A DNA stretch of 64,000 bases from a virus (IMGVR_UViG_3300025099_003636:1-64000); one strand, 5' to 3'. Positions 19,325-29,976 are shown, counted from the first letter of the stretch. Program-made: numbers and translations. The notes: generated from the sequence alone by a model not told the origin.

Positions 19325-21471
19325 TGCCAGATACTCAAGATACCCAAAAAGACATATTTGCAAAAGTAGAAGGTCTAATAGCTTTTTTGGATACTACGGA
19401 CGAAAAAAAAGTTCGTGAAAATGCTCAAGAATGGCAAGACACACTTGAGGCTTTAAGAGATGCAACAAACAATCCACTAGCATTTTTACTAAACTTATTA
19501 AAGGTTCTTAAAGAAACAAAAAAGGGACAAGAAATAACTCAGGCGATAAAACTTAAATTTAGAGCTGCTAAGGAAAAAAATAGAAAAAGTAAAAAGGGGG
19601 ACGCGGACTTCAAACCAACTAAAAAATCATTTAAAGAAAAACATTTAACTAACTCTTATGCTAATGTATGGTTAGCCACATTAAACAAACTAATTAGACA
19701 GTCTGTAATGAAGGTTATGCCTAGGGTTAAAGATATATTGTTAGAAGAAATAATAAAAGCTTTTAATTGTGACTTAACAACTTTAGTGCCTGTGGTTGGT
19801 GATGGTTTAAGTGGTCCGGTAGTTATCGAAATGGGTGAAGTAGACCTACTTAAACAATTATTTAACGACCCAAATACACAGGTAGGTCAATACATGTATG
19901 AACAAGATGGTCTTAACCCTGGAGCTTATCCTGTCGGTGTTAGTCCTTACCCTGTTAATCGTTTTTTAAGGGATATGATGTTTAATAATTCTGCTGGTAT
20001 TGGTAATGGTATTCCTGCCGCCCCAAATAACATTAGAACAATATATGGTAAAAGTGGTAGAGCTTTGTTCGATATTGAAATGATTTCTGTTTTAGGTAAT
20101 CCAACAATAATGAATATTTACCCTTATTATAAAACCGAGTCTGGTAATCCACAATTTGCTAGTGCTCCCGGATGTCCGGCGATACCTACAGCTCCTGCTG
20201 CTCCAGGACAAGGAGCTAAATTTACTTTTATAGATTTCTTAAAAGATTATTTTGGGAATATTAGATTAATAGAATTACAAAATTTAATAGGTAACTTATT
20301 AGAAATTTTAACTGGATTCATAAGTGTTCGAAATCAGACTTTTTCTGTCCAAGATTTAAAACAACTACAATGGTTTGTCAATTTCATGGAAAATGTATTA
20401 AAAGCTTGTGATGGGGATGACCTAATAGGTCCTGATAGTGAGTCTATAGCTCATCACGCAGAACTAACAGATGAAGACAATTATTTTAATTTTACTGTAG
20501 AAGAAGAACGTGCAATGATGTTGGAGGTAACTAGAAAGTTAAATAATGTATTAACTTTGGAGAGTTGTGGTTCTTTGGATATTCCTATAGATAATTCTAT
20601 GGTGGATGAGGCGGTTGGTGAAATTCTTGCTACAGAGGTAACTGAGGAAAAATTACAGATTTTTGATTTATTACTGCAAAAACTGGCTAAGTCATCCGCT
20701 AAAAAAGCCGGGTATGATTTAGGTTTAGGAAATATTACTCTACCGGTAGAAATAGACTTTAAAGAAAATTTAATTAAAAAATTGCCACAAGTACTAATGT
20801 ACAGTATTATGAACCCTAAGGGTATACTACCAATAGTTTTAACCGGTAAAATGTTAAACCAAAACGGTCAATTATGTACTTCCATAGAACTGTTTGCAAA
20901 AATATTTAGAAGAGTTATTATTCGTGTTATTAAAGAAATACTACAAGAAGTTACTAAAGAGATTATGAAAATGGTTAAACAATACTTATTACAAAAAATA
21001 AGAGAATTAATCAGGAGAAAATTAAGTGAACAAGCTAAGAAAAAAATTAGAATGATTCGTAATTTATTAGACTTATTATTACCTTTAATAGCTGCTTTAA
21101 ATAATGCTAAAAATTGTCAAGAAATATATAACATCTTGTTAGGTTTATTAATGGCTAATATGCCTGATATACCATTTAAAGTACCACCATTCTTAGTTGC
21201 TGTAGCAGACATTAGACCTGGAACAACAGCTTTAGGTACTTTCGAAAGATTTCTAACCAAATGTCAACAAGATGGTGTCCCTATTGGTGATTTACCTGAT
21301 GGTAGTTCTAATCAATTTATACCGATATTTTTTAGGGCTATGCAAGCTAAGGAAGAAGAGGACGGTCAAAATAAAAAAATTCTAGGTACTATACCTGGAG
21401 GACAAGTAATTACCCCTATGGGACCTGGACAAATAGTTCCATTTACAAAGGTGAGTGGTACTGTAGCTTAA
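19324..21471 (+). CDS. Hypothetical structural (probably baseplate-associated) protein
   Basis: 715-aa ORF in late operon ahead of the spike-like gene. Confidence 0.55.
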   Translation: MPDTQDTQKDIFAKVEGLIAFLDTTDEKKVRENAQEWQDTLEALRDATNNPLAFLLNLLKVLKETKKGQEITQAIKLKFRAAKEKNRKSKKGDADFKPTKKSFKEKHLTNSYANVWLATLNKLIRQSVMKVMPRVKDILLEEIIKAFNCDLTTLVPVVGDGLSGPVVIEMGEVDLLKQLFNDPNTQVGQYMYEQDGLNPGAYPVGVSPYPVNRFLRDMMFNNSAGIGNGIPAAPNNIRTIYGKSGRALFDIEMISVLGNPTIMNIYPYYKTESGNPQFASAPGCPAIPTAPAAPGQGAKFTFIDFLKDYFGNIRLIELQNLIGNLLEILTGFISVRNQTFSVQDLKQLQWFVNFMENVLKACDGDDLIGPDSESIAHHAELTDEDNYFNFTVEEERAMMLEVTRKLNNVLTLESCGSLDIPIDNSMVDEAVGEILATEVTEEKLQIFDLLLQKLAKSSAKKAGYDLGLGNITLPVEIDFKENLIKKLPQVLMYSIMNPKGILPIVLTGKMLNQNGQLCTSIELFAKIFRRVIIRVIKEILQEVTKEIMKMVKQYLLQKIRELIRRKLSEQAKKKIRMIRNLLDLLLPLIAALNNAKNCQEIYNILLGLLMANMPDIPFKVPPFLVAVADIRPGTTALGTFERFLTKCQQDGVPIGDLPDGSSNQFIPIFFRAMQAKEEEDGQNKKILGTIPGGQVITPMGPGQIVPFTKVSGTVA

Positions 21472-21482
21472 AATAAAAAAAT

Positions 21483-21665
21483 ATGGAATTTTTTAAAACA
21501 TATAAAGATAAACCGAATAAAGAGCTTTTTGAGATGATGTCTAATTTAAAAACTGAATTCGATAAGACTAAATCTTTGTTGATTGGTTTGACCCATCACT
21601 TAGATGATATAGAAAAAAAATTTAAACTTATAGAGTCTGAATTAAAAAAACGTAAAGTTACTTAA
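21483..21665 (+). CDS. Small coiled-coil hypothetical protein
   Basis: 60-aa ORF with heptad pattern and A-rich start. Confidence 0.65.
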   Translation: MEFFKTYKDKPNKELFEMMSNLKTEFDKTKSLLIGLTHHLDDIEKKFKLIESELKKRKVT

Positions 21666-21667
21666 TT

Positions 21668-23464
21668 ATGAAATATTATTTTCAAAAATCTGATGACAGT
21701 ATGTTCTCTAAAGGTCAAAATAGAGGAGCTTATGATGTAAGTCATAAATCTTTTGGTTTTATTGTTTGTGTAGATAATGCTGACCCTTTACGACTAGGTA
21801 GAATTAGGGGTGTATCCCCTTTTGGTGGTGGTACTACTGGTAGTAAAAAGAATGACCCGACTATAGAGGATGCTTCTAGAGATGAAAATGGAAATAAGGT
21901 ATCTCCTTGGTCTAAAGATGACCCTTATTTATATAATTCTTTATTACCTTATAATGTTAACGTAGTTCCTATGAAAAAAGAACTTTTTACAGCGTTTTCA
22001 CAACAATCCCCAAAAGATAGTTTAAATAAATTTTATATAGGTCCATTAATATCACACCCTTCTAATGTTAAAATGGATAGATGGACTAATGCGTTAAGTG
22101 TTACTGCAGCACAAAAACAAAATAGTTCATTAGGTGAACCTTATTTACAAGGAACTCCTAGTGCTTCAGGTGACACTACTTTACTACCACAAATTAGTAA
22201 AAAAGGTGTTTTTCCTAATCCAGAAGATGTGTCTATTATTGGTAGATATAATACTGATTTAGTTTTAGGTATGAGAGAATATTCATTACCTGACGATAAT
22301 GAAGATTCTGAAGTCCAAAGCTGGTATCCTCAAATACTTATTCGTTCTGGTAAATTTAAACAGGTCACCGGTAGTCAAGTTCCTGACACAAATCCAAAAT
22401 CAACATTTATACAATTAAATACATTTCCAACAACTCTGGAAAGGGTGGAAATTGAAAAACCTATACCTACTAGTAATGACGATTATCTGAGAACAATGAT
22501 TGTATATCATCTGGATACACCAAATCTAGTTGATGGTACTGGTGCTGAACATAAGAACATAAGTGGGTGGGTTGCAGCATATAACATGATAAATAGTGTT
22601 AGTGGTACAAGTACAGGTTATAATACAGCATCTGTTAAATCATATATGGCTGGGACCTATGACTTATCTAATGATGTACCTGGCATTACATTACCCCCTG
22701 TAGTACCTAATACAGATAACTACTGGGTAAAGTATTCTTTTAATTCTATGAATAAGAAAAAAGTTGCTAAACAAATTACTAAATTTATATCATATATAGA
22801 TGAAGGTGATTGGGATAAGTTAAGAAAAATGTTGGATGGTGCTACTATTCCACCTGAAAAGATAATGACCCCAATACCAAAAATATTCCCAATGTATTTT
22901 AGGCCTGATAGAACTACATTAGATATTATGGATAAAAATGACTCAACTATTCCCACACCATTTTTTCAACAAAAAAAAGATGTAGCTAATTTTATAAAAT
23001 CTAAAATAGAATTAGATGGGGTTACTACTGAAGGTTATGGTTTGGCTATGACTGAAAATGCTGGTAAAAGAGATGTTGCGGTTGAGGATGTTATGACAAA
23101 GGTTAGTTCTATTAATACTATGGAAGGTCAACAAGGAATAGTTTCGGTTGGTTCTGAAAAAATATATTTATTATCTCATGAAATTAATTATCTGGGTACT
23201 CTTAACCTTAAGGATAATCACTATGGTATAACACAAAAAACCTATATAGACAATATAGACCCACATACCAACTCTCTTGTTAGGGGTGAAGAATTACTAA
23301 AGTTGTTAGAAAAGATGGCAGATTTTATGCAAAATCATTGTCATGCCTTACCTGGTCTAGCTCCTGTACCTCAAGCTCATGGTGGTACTAGGACTGAGGA
23401 TATTGGTAGATTATTGGCTGATGCTCATAAAACCATCCTAAATAAAAATATTAGGATTAACTAG
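21668..23464 (+). CDS. Baseplate hub/central spike (gp5/Gp138-like)
   Basis: N-terminal OB-fold motif DNADPLRLGRIR; C-terminal LVRGEEL...NHCH (HxH spike-tip metal motif). Confidence 0.65.
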   Translation: MKYYFQKSDDSMFSKGQNRGAYDVSHKSFGFIVCVDNADPLRLGRIRGVSPFGGGTTGSKKNDPTIEDASRDENGNKVSPWSKDDPYLYNSLLPYNVNVVPMKKELFTAFSQQSPKDSLNKFYIGPLISHPSNVKMDRWTNALSVTAAQKQNSSLGEPYLQGTPSASGDTTLLPQISKKGVFPNPEDVSIIGRYNTDLVLGMREYSLPDDNEDSEVQSWYPQILIRSGKFKQVTGSQVPDTNPKSTFIQLNTFPTTLERVEIEKPIPTSNDDYLRTMIVYHLDTPNLVDGTGAEHKNISGWVAAYNMINSVSGTSTGYNTASVKSYMAGTYDLSNDVPGITLPPVVPNTDNYWVKYSFNSMNKKKVAKQITKFISYIDEGDWDKLRKMLDGATIPPEKIMTPIPKIFPMYFRPDRTTLDIMDKNDSTIPTPFFQQKKDVANFIKSKIELDGVTTEGYGLAMTENAGKRDVAVEDVMTKVSSINTMEGQQGIVSVGSEKIYLLSHEINYLGTLNLKDNHYGITQKTYIDNIDPHTNSLVRGEELLKLLEKMADFMQNHCHALPGLAPVPQAHGGTRTEDIGRLLADAHKTILNKNIRIN

Positions 23465-23488
23465 ATATTTATATATAAAGATAATTTA

Positions 23489-25492
23489 ATGTCAACACAC
23501 AGGTCATATTTTAGTAAAAATAATACAATAATAGCTGACAGCAGCACCAACACAGGTAGAAATCCCGTAACACAACTATTTTATGGTAGAAATAGTACTA
23601 GATGTAAATTTACCGGTTTAACTGGTGATACTTGTAATGATAAAACTGGATTCACACCAACCGCCGCACACGGTTATAGTAGGTTTATTTTTGACCTGGA
23701 TTTAACAGACTTAAGAGAAAAATATAACAACTGTTGTATGCCTTTAACATCTTGTACTTACACAGGTCTGTATGATGTTGCTGCAACTTTTAGTTTTGAC
23801 TTTACGTCATCAGGTTCTCAATTTACGTTTATGACTATAGAAAACTCAGCTGGTTCAGCTGTTACGTATATAAACATGCTTACTAATACGTTTCCTGGTG
23901 ATAATGGGTCAGTTATAACTGATGGTACTAATTTTTACACCCAATTTCTATATACTAGTGCTAGTACTGTAGAAACACAAGCACAAAATTTTTGTTTAGC
24001 TGTAAATGGTGTTAGTGGACATAATGGTACTATTTTATGTACTTCAAGTGGGGCTACTGTAACATTAACACAGGTTGGTCTTGGTTCTTCTGGAAATACA
24101 CTGGTGGGGCCTGGTACTGTAATTGCTCCAACAGTTAATATTGGTGGGTTTGATACTATCAGTAATATTGTGTTTAGTGGTGGACCAGTATCTTTTAGTG
24201 GTGGAGGTCAATCTTATGATACTTGTGATGGACAAACTGGTTACACTATAACTTACAACCCAGATGTTAAACACACATTACGTATGACGAATACTTCTAG
24301 TTTTGATGACCGATTAATTAATCAAAAAGTTTTAATTAACGACACTAGAAGAGCCACTTCATTTACTCTTATGTTGTATAAAGTTCCTAGTTCCAAAGCG
24401 TCTTTATGGGATGAGGGTGTTGGGTATGATTATGAAGTTCCTAGTGTAGCTTTAGAACCTGAGTATAATAGGTCTCAATCTAATAGACCCAGTAACTGGA
24501 TTAATTCTACAACATTAACTACGTGGCCTAATCAAGGAACATACAATAATTTAATTCCATCTTCATATACTGTTTTAGATACACAAAGTTTTGACGCTGG
24601 AAATGAAGATATAGCGTTTAATAGTGTAGCTTTAAATAATGAAATTGGTAGTCAATTAGTATCACCACAAACTGGTGTTACATATGGAATAGCTTTTCTA
24701 CCACAGTTTGAATTATTAACTGGTTTAACAGAGGCTTATTCAGTTGGTTTCTTTTCTCGTCACACACAAACATTTTTTGAACCTTTCTTAGAAACTTCTT
24801 TTGATGATTATATAAATGATAGTAGAAATCATTTTGAACTTAATTGTGAAAATAGATTATTTTTATACGCTTATGATTGTAATGGTGAACCTATGTGTTT
24901 TGATATGGCTCCTGTGGTAAAGATTAGGGACTGTAACGATTTAGTTACTACCACAATAACCGCTACCACATTAACTTGTGGGGCTTACTACATCGATTAT
25001 ACCATACTACCACCTTTACCACAAACACCACCGGTACAATATACTGATGAATGGACTAATCTTTTTGTGGGTGGAATATCTCAACCAAATATAACCAACG
25101 AATTTATAATACATACTAATGGTTATAGTATTGGGACTACTGTTATGAAACCAAAAATATATGGTTATTCTGTTTCAGGAATTAAAGATGATGAAAAGAT
25201 TAAAGCTGGTGATACAAGAAAAATATTTGTTTCTGCTAGGGTACCTTACACTGTAAGTCAAGAAGCTTTAGTAGACAACATACAATACAGGTTATACGTT
25301 AGACAAGGTAACACTCAAGTAGGGGTTATTCCTTGGACTAAAATAAATAAAACTTTTACTGATAATTATTTCTTATTGGATACCTCTTGGATGATACCTA
25401 ACGAGTATTACCTGGATATAAAAGCAACTTCTAACCAACAAGTAGATACTTATAGTAAAGTAATAAAGTTTCAAATAACTAACCAATTATGA
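23489..25492 (+). CDS. Virion structural protein (beta-rich, Thr/Gly/Cys-rich)
   Basis: TATTTATA at 23466; Ig-like composition; late operon. Confidence 0.55.
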   Translation: MSTHRSYFSKNNTIIADSSTNTGRNPVTQLFYGRNSTRCKFTGLTGDTCNDKTGFTPTAAHGYSRFIFDLDLTDLREKYNNCCMPLTSCTYTGLYDVAATFSFDFTSSGSQFTFMTIENSAGSAVTYINMLTNTFPGDNGSVITDGTNFYTQFLYTSASTVETQAQNFCLAVNGVSGHNGTILCTSSGATVTLTQVGLGSSGNTLVGPGTVIAPTVNIGGFDTISNIVFSGGPVSFSGGGQSYDTCDGQTGYTITYNPDVKHTLRMTNTSSFDDRLINQKVLINDTRRATSFTLMLYKVPSSKASLWDEGVGYDYEVPSVALEPEYNRSQSNRPSNWINSTTLTTWPNQGTYNNLIPSSYTVLDTQSFDAGNEDIAFNSVALNNEIGSQLVSPQTGVTYGIAFLPQFELLTGLTEAYSVGFFSRHTQTFFEPFLETSFDDYINDSRNHFELNCENRLFLYAYDCNGEPMCFDMAPVVKIRDCNDLVTTTITATTLTCGAYYIDYTILPPLPQTPPVQYTDEWTNLFVGGISQPNITNEFIIHTNGYSIGTTVMKPKIYGYSVSGIKDDEKIKAGDTRKIFVSARVPYTVSQEALVDNIQYRLYVRQGNTQVGVIPWTKINKTFTDNYFLLDTSWMIPNEYYLDIKATSNQQVDTYSKVIKFQITNQL

Positions 25493-26043
25493 AAAAAATA
25501 AGAATTTCAGAAAGTGAATTAATTTCTCTTATAGAGAAAGCTGTTAATGAGAATTTAGGTGCTACACCATCATTAACTGCTCATGGAGGTGGTTTCTCAA
25601 ACTTAGGTATGGGAAAACCAACTGATAAATATAAAGACCTATATGAGGATGATGATATAGAAGAAGAGATGGTGGAGGACCAGGACCCTGGAATTGAAAA
25701 ATCAAGTGCCGTTGCTATAGACCAAGAAAAAGATGTTGAGGATGACTGGACCGGTGGTTCAGGTAGAAATCCAAGTATGAATATAGAAAGTATTGTTGAG
25801 AGGTTGAAACGAAAGTTAAACGAGGCTGATACCATTCCTGAAATTACTCCTGATGTAAAAATTCCAGAAGGTTTATTTACGAAAAAGGCTTCGGAGATAG
25901 TTGCTGGATTAAAAAAATTAAAAGATGGGGCAAAGGAAGCTTTAACAAGAATTACTTATTACATAAATAGAGCTGGTAAAAACTTATCTAACAAAACTGA
26001 AGTTTTAAAAGCTAAAGAAATATTAAAAAAAGAAAATAAATAA
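25489..26043 (+). CDS. Putative internal head protein with type-1 leader
   Basis: MKKIRISESEL...VNE leader; internal LNE site. Confidence 0.6.
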   Translation: MKKIRISESELISLIEKAVNENLGATPSLTAHGGGFSNLGMGKPTDKYKDLYEDDDIEEEMVEDQDPGIEKSSAVAIDQEKDVEDDWTGGSGRNPSMNIESIVERLKRKLNEADTIPEITPDVKIPEGLFTKKASEIVAGLKKLKDGAKEALTRITYYINRAGKNLSNKTEVLKAKEILKKENK

Positions 26044-26067
26044 ATAAAACCTAAAAAATTAAAAATT

Positions 26068-26133
26068 ATGAAATGTGATTGTCAAGTATGTAAATGTGGT
26101 ACAAAATGTGAATGTACCTGTTGTGACTGTTAG
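26068..26133 (+). CDS. Metallothionein-like Cys-rich micropeptide MKCDCQVCKCGTKCECTCCDC
   Basis: 21 codons, 9 Cys in CxC/CxxC/CC motifs, A-rich AAAAATT-ATG start like neighbouring genes, followed by a terminator; too short for the supplied ORF track. Confidence 0.75.
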   Translation: MKCDCQVCKCGTKCECTCCDC

Positions 26134-26161
26134 ATAACAGTTAATAAAAAAAATAAAGATA

Positions 26162-26197
26162 TAAAAAAACCACTCAAAAGAGTGGTTTTTGTTTTTT
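26162..26197. terminator. Bidirectional intrinsic terminator
   Basis: AAAAAAACCACTC-AAAA-GAGTGGTTTTTGTTTTTT between convergent genes. Confidence 0.85.
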
Positions 26198-26486
26198 AGA
26201 TATCTTCCTCATCATAATCATATTCATGAGTTACAACTGTTCTACTAGGTTCCGGTTCTTCTTCTACAATAACCTCATCTTTCGGTGAGAAATTCTCTGC
26301 AGCTGTAAAACCAAGTCCTGCCATTACAATCCATTGTAAAGACTCGAATAAATTATTGTCAATTGTGAAATCCCAAAAAAGATTTGCTGTGTAACCAATT
26401 AACATAAATAGAAGACATACGAAAGTAACAAATCTCTTACTAGAAACTTTACCTTCACTACTTAACATGTTTTTAAAGAAGTTCAT
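26196..26486 (-). CDS. Two-TM membrane protein, holin-like
   Basis: SSKR followed by two hydrophobic helices and an acidic tail; TATTTATA upstream. Confidence 0.5.
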   Translation of the reverse strand: MNFFKNMLSSEGKVSSKRFVTFVCLLFMLIGYTANLFWDFTIDNNLFESLQWIVMAGLGFTAAENFSPKDEVIVEEEPEPSRTVVTHEYDYDEEDI

Positions 26487-26516
26487 AAGCTTTTTTTATT
26501 ATAAATATCCCGACAT

Positions 26517-26548
26517 AAAAAAAAGCCCTCATAAAGAGGGCTTCTTTT
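26517..26548 (-). terminator. Intrinsic terminator after the MCP gene
   Basis: On minus strand AAGCCCTC-TTTAT-GAGGGCTT followed by a T-run. Confidence 0.85.
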
Positions 26549-26566
26549 CATATATTAGATTATTAA

Positions 26567-28369
26567 TTATCTAAGTTCTCTAACATCAAATGTTCTAACA
26601 CCGTCAACAGTGATTCTTCCGTAGAATCTATTGTTCACCATTTTCTTAGCGTATCTAGTCATGATACCTTTGATTGGTGTAAAGTTGAATGGGTTATACA
26701 TTGTAGGAGTTAACTGTAATGGTACATATGGTGCGTAAACGTACCCAGTATCCAATAAAGATGTTCCTTTATGTCCAATTAACACTTGGTTAGCTGGGAA
26801 GTAAGGGTCTCTATATACAGTAAATCTTCCTGATAATGTTCCAATTTTCTCAATACCCATATTGTATTGGTCTTGGTCAGCTGCTGCGTTTGATACGTGG
26901 AAGTACTCCAAGTCATCAAATATAGCAGAAACTTCAGAAGAACAAACAATCCAGTTAGCCCCACCTCTTAAAGTAGACTTGTGGATTTGAGCTGAAATTT
27001 GGTTAATCGCTGTGATTAAAGTTTGGTTCCAGTCTTTTTGAGTATATGGAGCTTGACCAGCTGAGAATCTCTTCCAACCGTTGTAGTCCCATCTTAAATC
27101 CCAAGCTGCACCTTTTCTAAGGTCTCTTAAGATTTCTCTATCAATCTCTGCTGCAACTTCTTCAGATAATAAAGCTGTTAATTCAGCTTCAGCATCGATG
27201 TTGTGGAATGCAGAAACGTCTTGTGCAAGTTCTGGTGACCATTGAGCTCTTAATTTTCTTTCACTTACAGAAACTGTAACACCTTGAAGGTCGAAAGAAA
27301 CTTCTCCCATATCCTCTTCAAATTCTAGTGTAGCGTATTGTCTCCATTCTGCACGGAAATCATATTTTGTCTCTGCACCCGTACCACTCATACCAACGTA
27401 ACCATCAACTGATGTACAAGATATACAAGCTGGACAAGATAAATCTACTTCAATGTAGATATCACCGTTAGCGTCACAAGTGTCAGCTCTATCAACAATA
27501 CCAAAACCATATTTCTGTGTAACAACACGGAATAAGATTGGTGTTTGTGTTCCAAGCCCTACTGTTGAAGTTGCGATATTATTACCCGTAGTTGCAGTAA
27601 CACTGTCACAACAAGCTAAAGGTACTGAAGTAGTCATTTGTAATGAAGATAAGAAAGTTTCTGAGTCTTGCTCATTTCCATCAGGACCAGTTAAAGTACC
27701 AACTCCAGTTTGTGAGAAACCAGATAACTTAACAATAACCCCTCTAGTACAAACTGATGTATCTCTTTGACCGTCAGTTAATGCTGGTGGTAAAGCTCCA
27801 TTCCAAGTAACCTCAACAGTACCCGCCGTAACGTTAGTGTACTTACCTCTAGAATAGTCATACGTACCATCACTCATTAACTGTGGTGAATTAGAAGCGT
27901 AGTAGTCGTCATATAAGTTACCAGTTGCAGCTGATACTGGATTAGCGTTAGCTGGATTTCCTGGTGCTCCCATTGGTGCGTAGTGACTACCTGAACCAGC
28001 TCCATTGACAGCAGAACCAGCTACTAAACTTCTAGGTGTAATTTTAGGTACGAAGTAGAACAATTTACCAATTGGTAAGTTCATAGCTTGTACAGAAACG
28101 ATATCGTTAGCTAATAATTTCGAGAATACTCTTCTAATGATTGGAAATACAACCGTTTCGAAGGACCCTGAATCACCAGCAGTCGTTGCTTCGTTTATTA
28201 AATTTGTTGCTTGGTTTTCATATAACTGTGCAACATTTTCTTTGATGTGTCCCTTAAGTCCGTCTAAGAACCCAAGACCATCCCATTTTTTCAAGGTATC
28301 TTCTTTGATAACTTTAAGGTGTTTTAACCCTATGTTACCAACCATACCTGATTCTAATAATGCTCCCAT
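26567..28369 (-). CDS. gp23: Major capsid protein, T4 gp23-like, with large insertion
   Basis: IVSVQAMNLP.G, RKLRAQWSPELAQD...H.IDAEAEL, EIDREI, YAPYVPL, P..F.P..GIMTRY. Confidence 0.96.
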   Translation of the reverse strand: MGALLESGMVGNIGLKHLKVIKEDTLKKWDGLGFLDGLKGHIKENVAQLYENQATNLINEATTAGDSGSFETVVFPIIRRVFSKLLANDIVSVQAMNLPIGKLFYFVPKITPRSLVAGSAVNGAGSGSHYAPMGAPGNPANANPVSAATGNLYDDYYASNSPQLMSDGTYDYSRGKYTNVTAGTVEVTWNGALPPALTDGQRDTSVCTRGVIVKLSGFSQTGVGTLTGPDGNEQDSETFLSSLQMTTSVPLACCDSVTATTGNNIATSTVGLGTQTPILFRVVTQKYGFGIVDRADTCDANGDIYIEVDLSCPACISCTSVDGYVGMSGTGAETKYDFRAEWRQYATLEFEEDMGEVSFDLQGVTVSVSERKLRAQWSPELAQDVSAFHNIDAEAELTALLSEEVAAEIDREILRDLRKGAAWDLRWDYNGWKRFSAGQAPYTQKDWNQTLITAINQISAQIHKSTLRGGANWIVCSSEVSAIFDDLEYFHVSNAAADQDQYNMGIEKIGTLSGRFTVYRDPYFPANQVLIGHKGTSLLDTGYVYAPYVPLQLTPTMYNPFNFTPIKGIMTRYAKKMVNNRFYGRITVDGVRTFDVRELR

Positions 28370-28403
28370 AATTTTTTTATTTTTTTTAAGCGTTTATTTA
28401 TTA

Positions 28404-29867
28404 TTATAATTTAGACATTAAGTCTTTCATTCTACTAAATTGAGGGTTTTCATATACTTTTGATTCCAAAAGTTTTCCACCACTCCCACTAGTAGATGAT
28501 TTAGTAATTTTTCTTTCAACAGCTTCCGAAATAGTTTTAGATTTATCTTCAACGTCTTGCGAAAACTCTTCTTTGATTACCTTATACAACACTTTAGATT
28601 CCTTTAATGTTTTAACATTATCGAAACGTTTTAATATGTTGATTTTTTCCTGTTTAGTAGTTGAATGTTCAGTGAATAGTCTAGTAACGTAAGCAAGATT
28701 AGAATTAAATACACCCACTTCATTCAATTTATCTTTAAAAGTAACTAATGCAGTTTTATACTCTTCATTCTTTGTTTTTAAAGATTCTACTTCTTCTTTA
28801 AGAAGATTATAGGACTTTCTTATACGACTTTCTCCTAAATTAGCTTTTCTTGGTCTACGAGATTCTTTATTTTTCCCCCAGATTTTTTGTCCAGCCATTC
28901 TAGAAAATGAACTATTTGGACCGGCTTTCAGTCTACTAGTTTCATCCACTTCTTCTTTATTCTCAACATCTTCAGCATCATTTATATGCCCCCAATCCTT
29001 TTCATGGTCTTTTTTTCTATTACCCCATTTACCATAAGAGTCACCTTGAGTGTCATGCCCTTTACCTAGTCTCATTCCCATAGATTCATGTTCTCTATCG
29101 TAAATTCCTTGGTCTTCGTGCATTTCTTCTTCCATGTCGTCTTCATGCATTTCTTCGTGCATTTCTTCTTCCACTTCAGAATCATCTTTCTCCTCAATAT
29201 TGGTACGGTCTAAATATGAATCGTAACTTTTTTGAGCTCTTTTAGATTCAGGAGCGTAAACTCCTTCAACATCACCTTCATACATTTCTTCATCAAGTTC
29301 GATTTCATAAACTACCTCGTCCATTTCTTTGTTATCAGTAGTTTCTTCTACTTCGTCATTTTTCATGGATTTCTCTTCTTTCATAGTTTTTGATTTTTTA
29401 GATTGCTCCAATTTAATTAGGTATTCAGTATCCGTATTGGTATCGGTTAATTCAATTTCCTCATCATCCTGTTGAATGATAATTCCATCTTCATCTCCCA
29501 TAGCTTTGAATACTTTCAGTACTTCAGCATCTGATGCTAATGTTAAGTCTAGAGGTGGCAACTCTAGTGATACTTCGTCGTCTTCAGTATCGTCCTCCAT
29601 GCCAAGTTCTAAATCGATATCCATTTCAGGTTCTTCTGAATCCACTTCATCAGCTTCATCTTCTAAATCTTCAACATCTAAATCGACAGCAACTTCTTCT
29701 TCGTCTTCTTGCTCTTCCAGGTAATCATTTTCACTTAATGACTCTTTTACTAACTCATGAATTTCTTCCTTCATAGTTGAAGAAAGTATTTCTTTTGCAT
29801 TAGACTTCATAGTTTCTTCTAACTGTTCAGCCTCGAGCAACGCTTTTTCTAAGATTGTTTTACTCAC
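28404..29867 (-). CDS. Prohead core/scaffolding protein (gp22-like)
   Basis: Lies between protease and MCP; very acidic and coiled-coil with many (L/I)xE sites. Confidence 0.75.
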   Translation of the reverse strand: MSKTILEKALLEAEQLEETMKSNAKEILSSTMKEEIHELVKESLSENDYLEEQEDEEEVAVDLDVEDLEDEADEVDSEEPEMDIDLELGMEDDTEDDEVSLELPPLDLTLASDAEVLKVFKAMGDEDGIIIQQDDEEIELTDTNTDTEYLIKLEQSKKSKTMKEEKSMKNDEVEETTDNKEMDEVVYEIELDEEMYEGDVEGVYAPESKRAQKSYDSYLDRTNIEEKDDSEVEEEMHEEMHEDDMEEEMHEDQGIYDREHESMGMRLGKGHDTQGDSYGKWGNRKKDHEKDWGHINDAEDVENKEEVDETSRLKAGPNSSFSRMAGQKIWGKNKESRRPRKANLGESRIRKSYNLLKEEVESLKTKNEEYKTALVTFKDKLNEVGVFNSNLAYVTRLFTEHSTTKQEKINILKRFDNVKTLKESKVLYKVIKEEFSQDVEDKSKTISEAVERKITKSSTSGSGGKLLESKVYENPQFSRMKDLMSKL

Positions 29868-29976
29868 GTTTTTTTATTTTAAAGTATTATTATGCGCATA
29901 CATAATATATGCACGGTTTTATTAATAAATATAAGATTATTGTAAAAAATCCTTGTTATACGTTAATTAACGTAAA

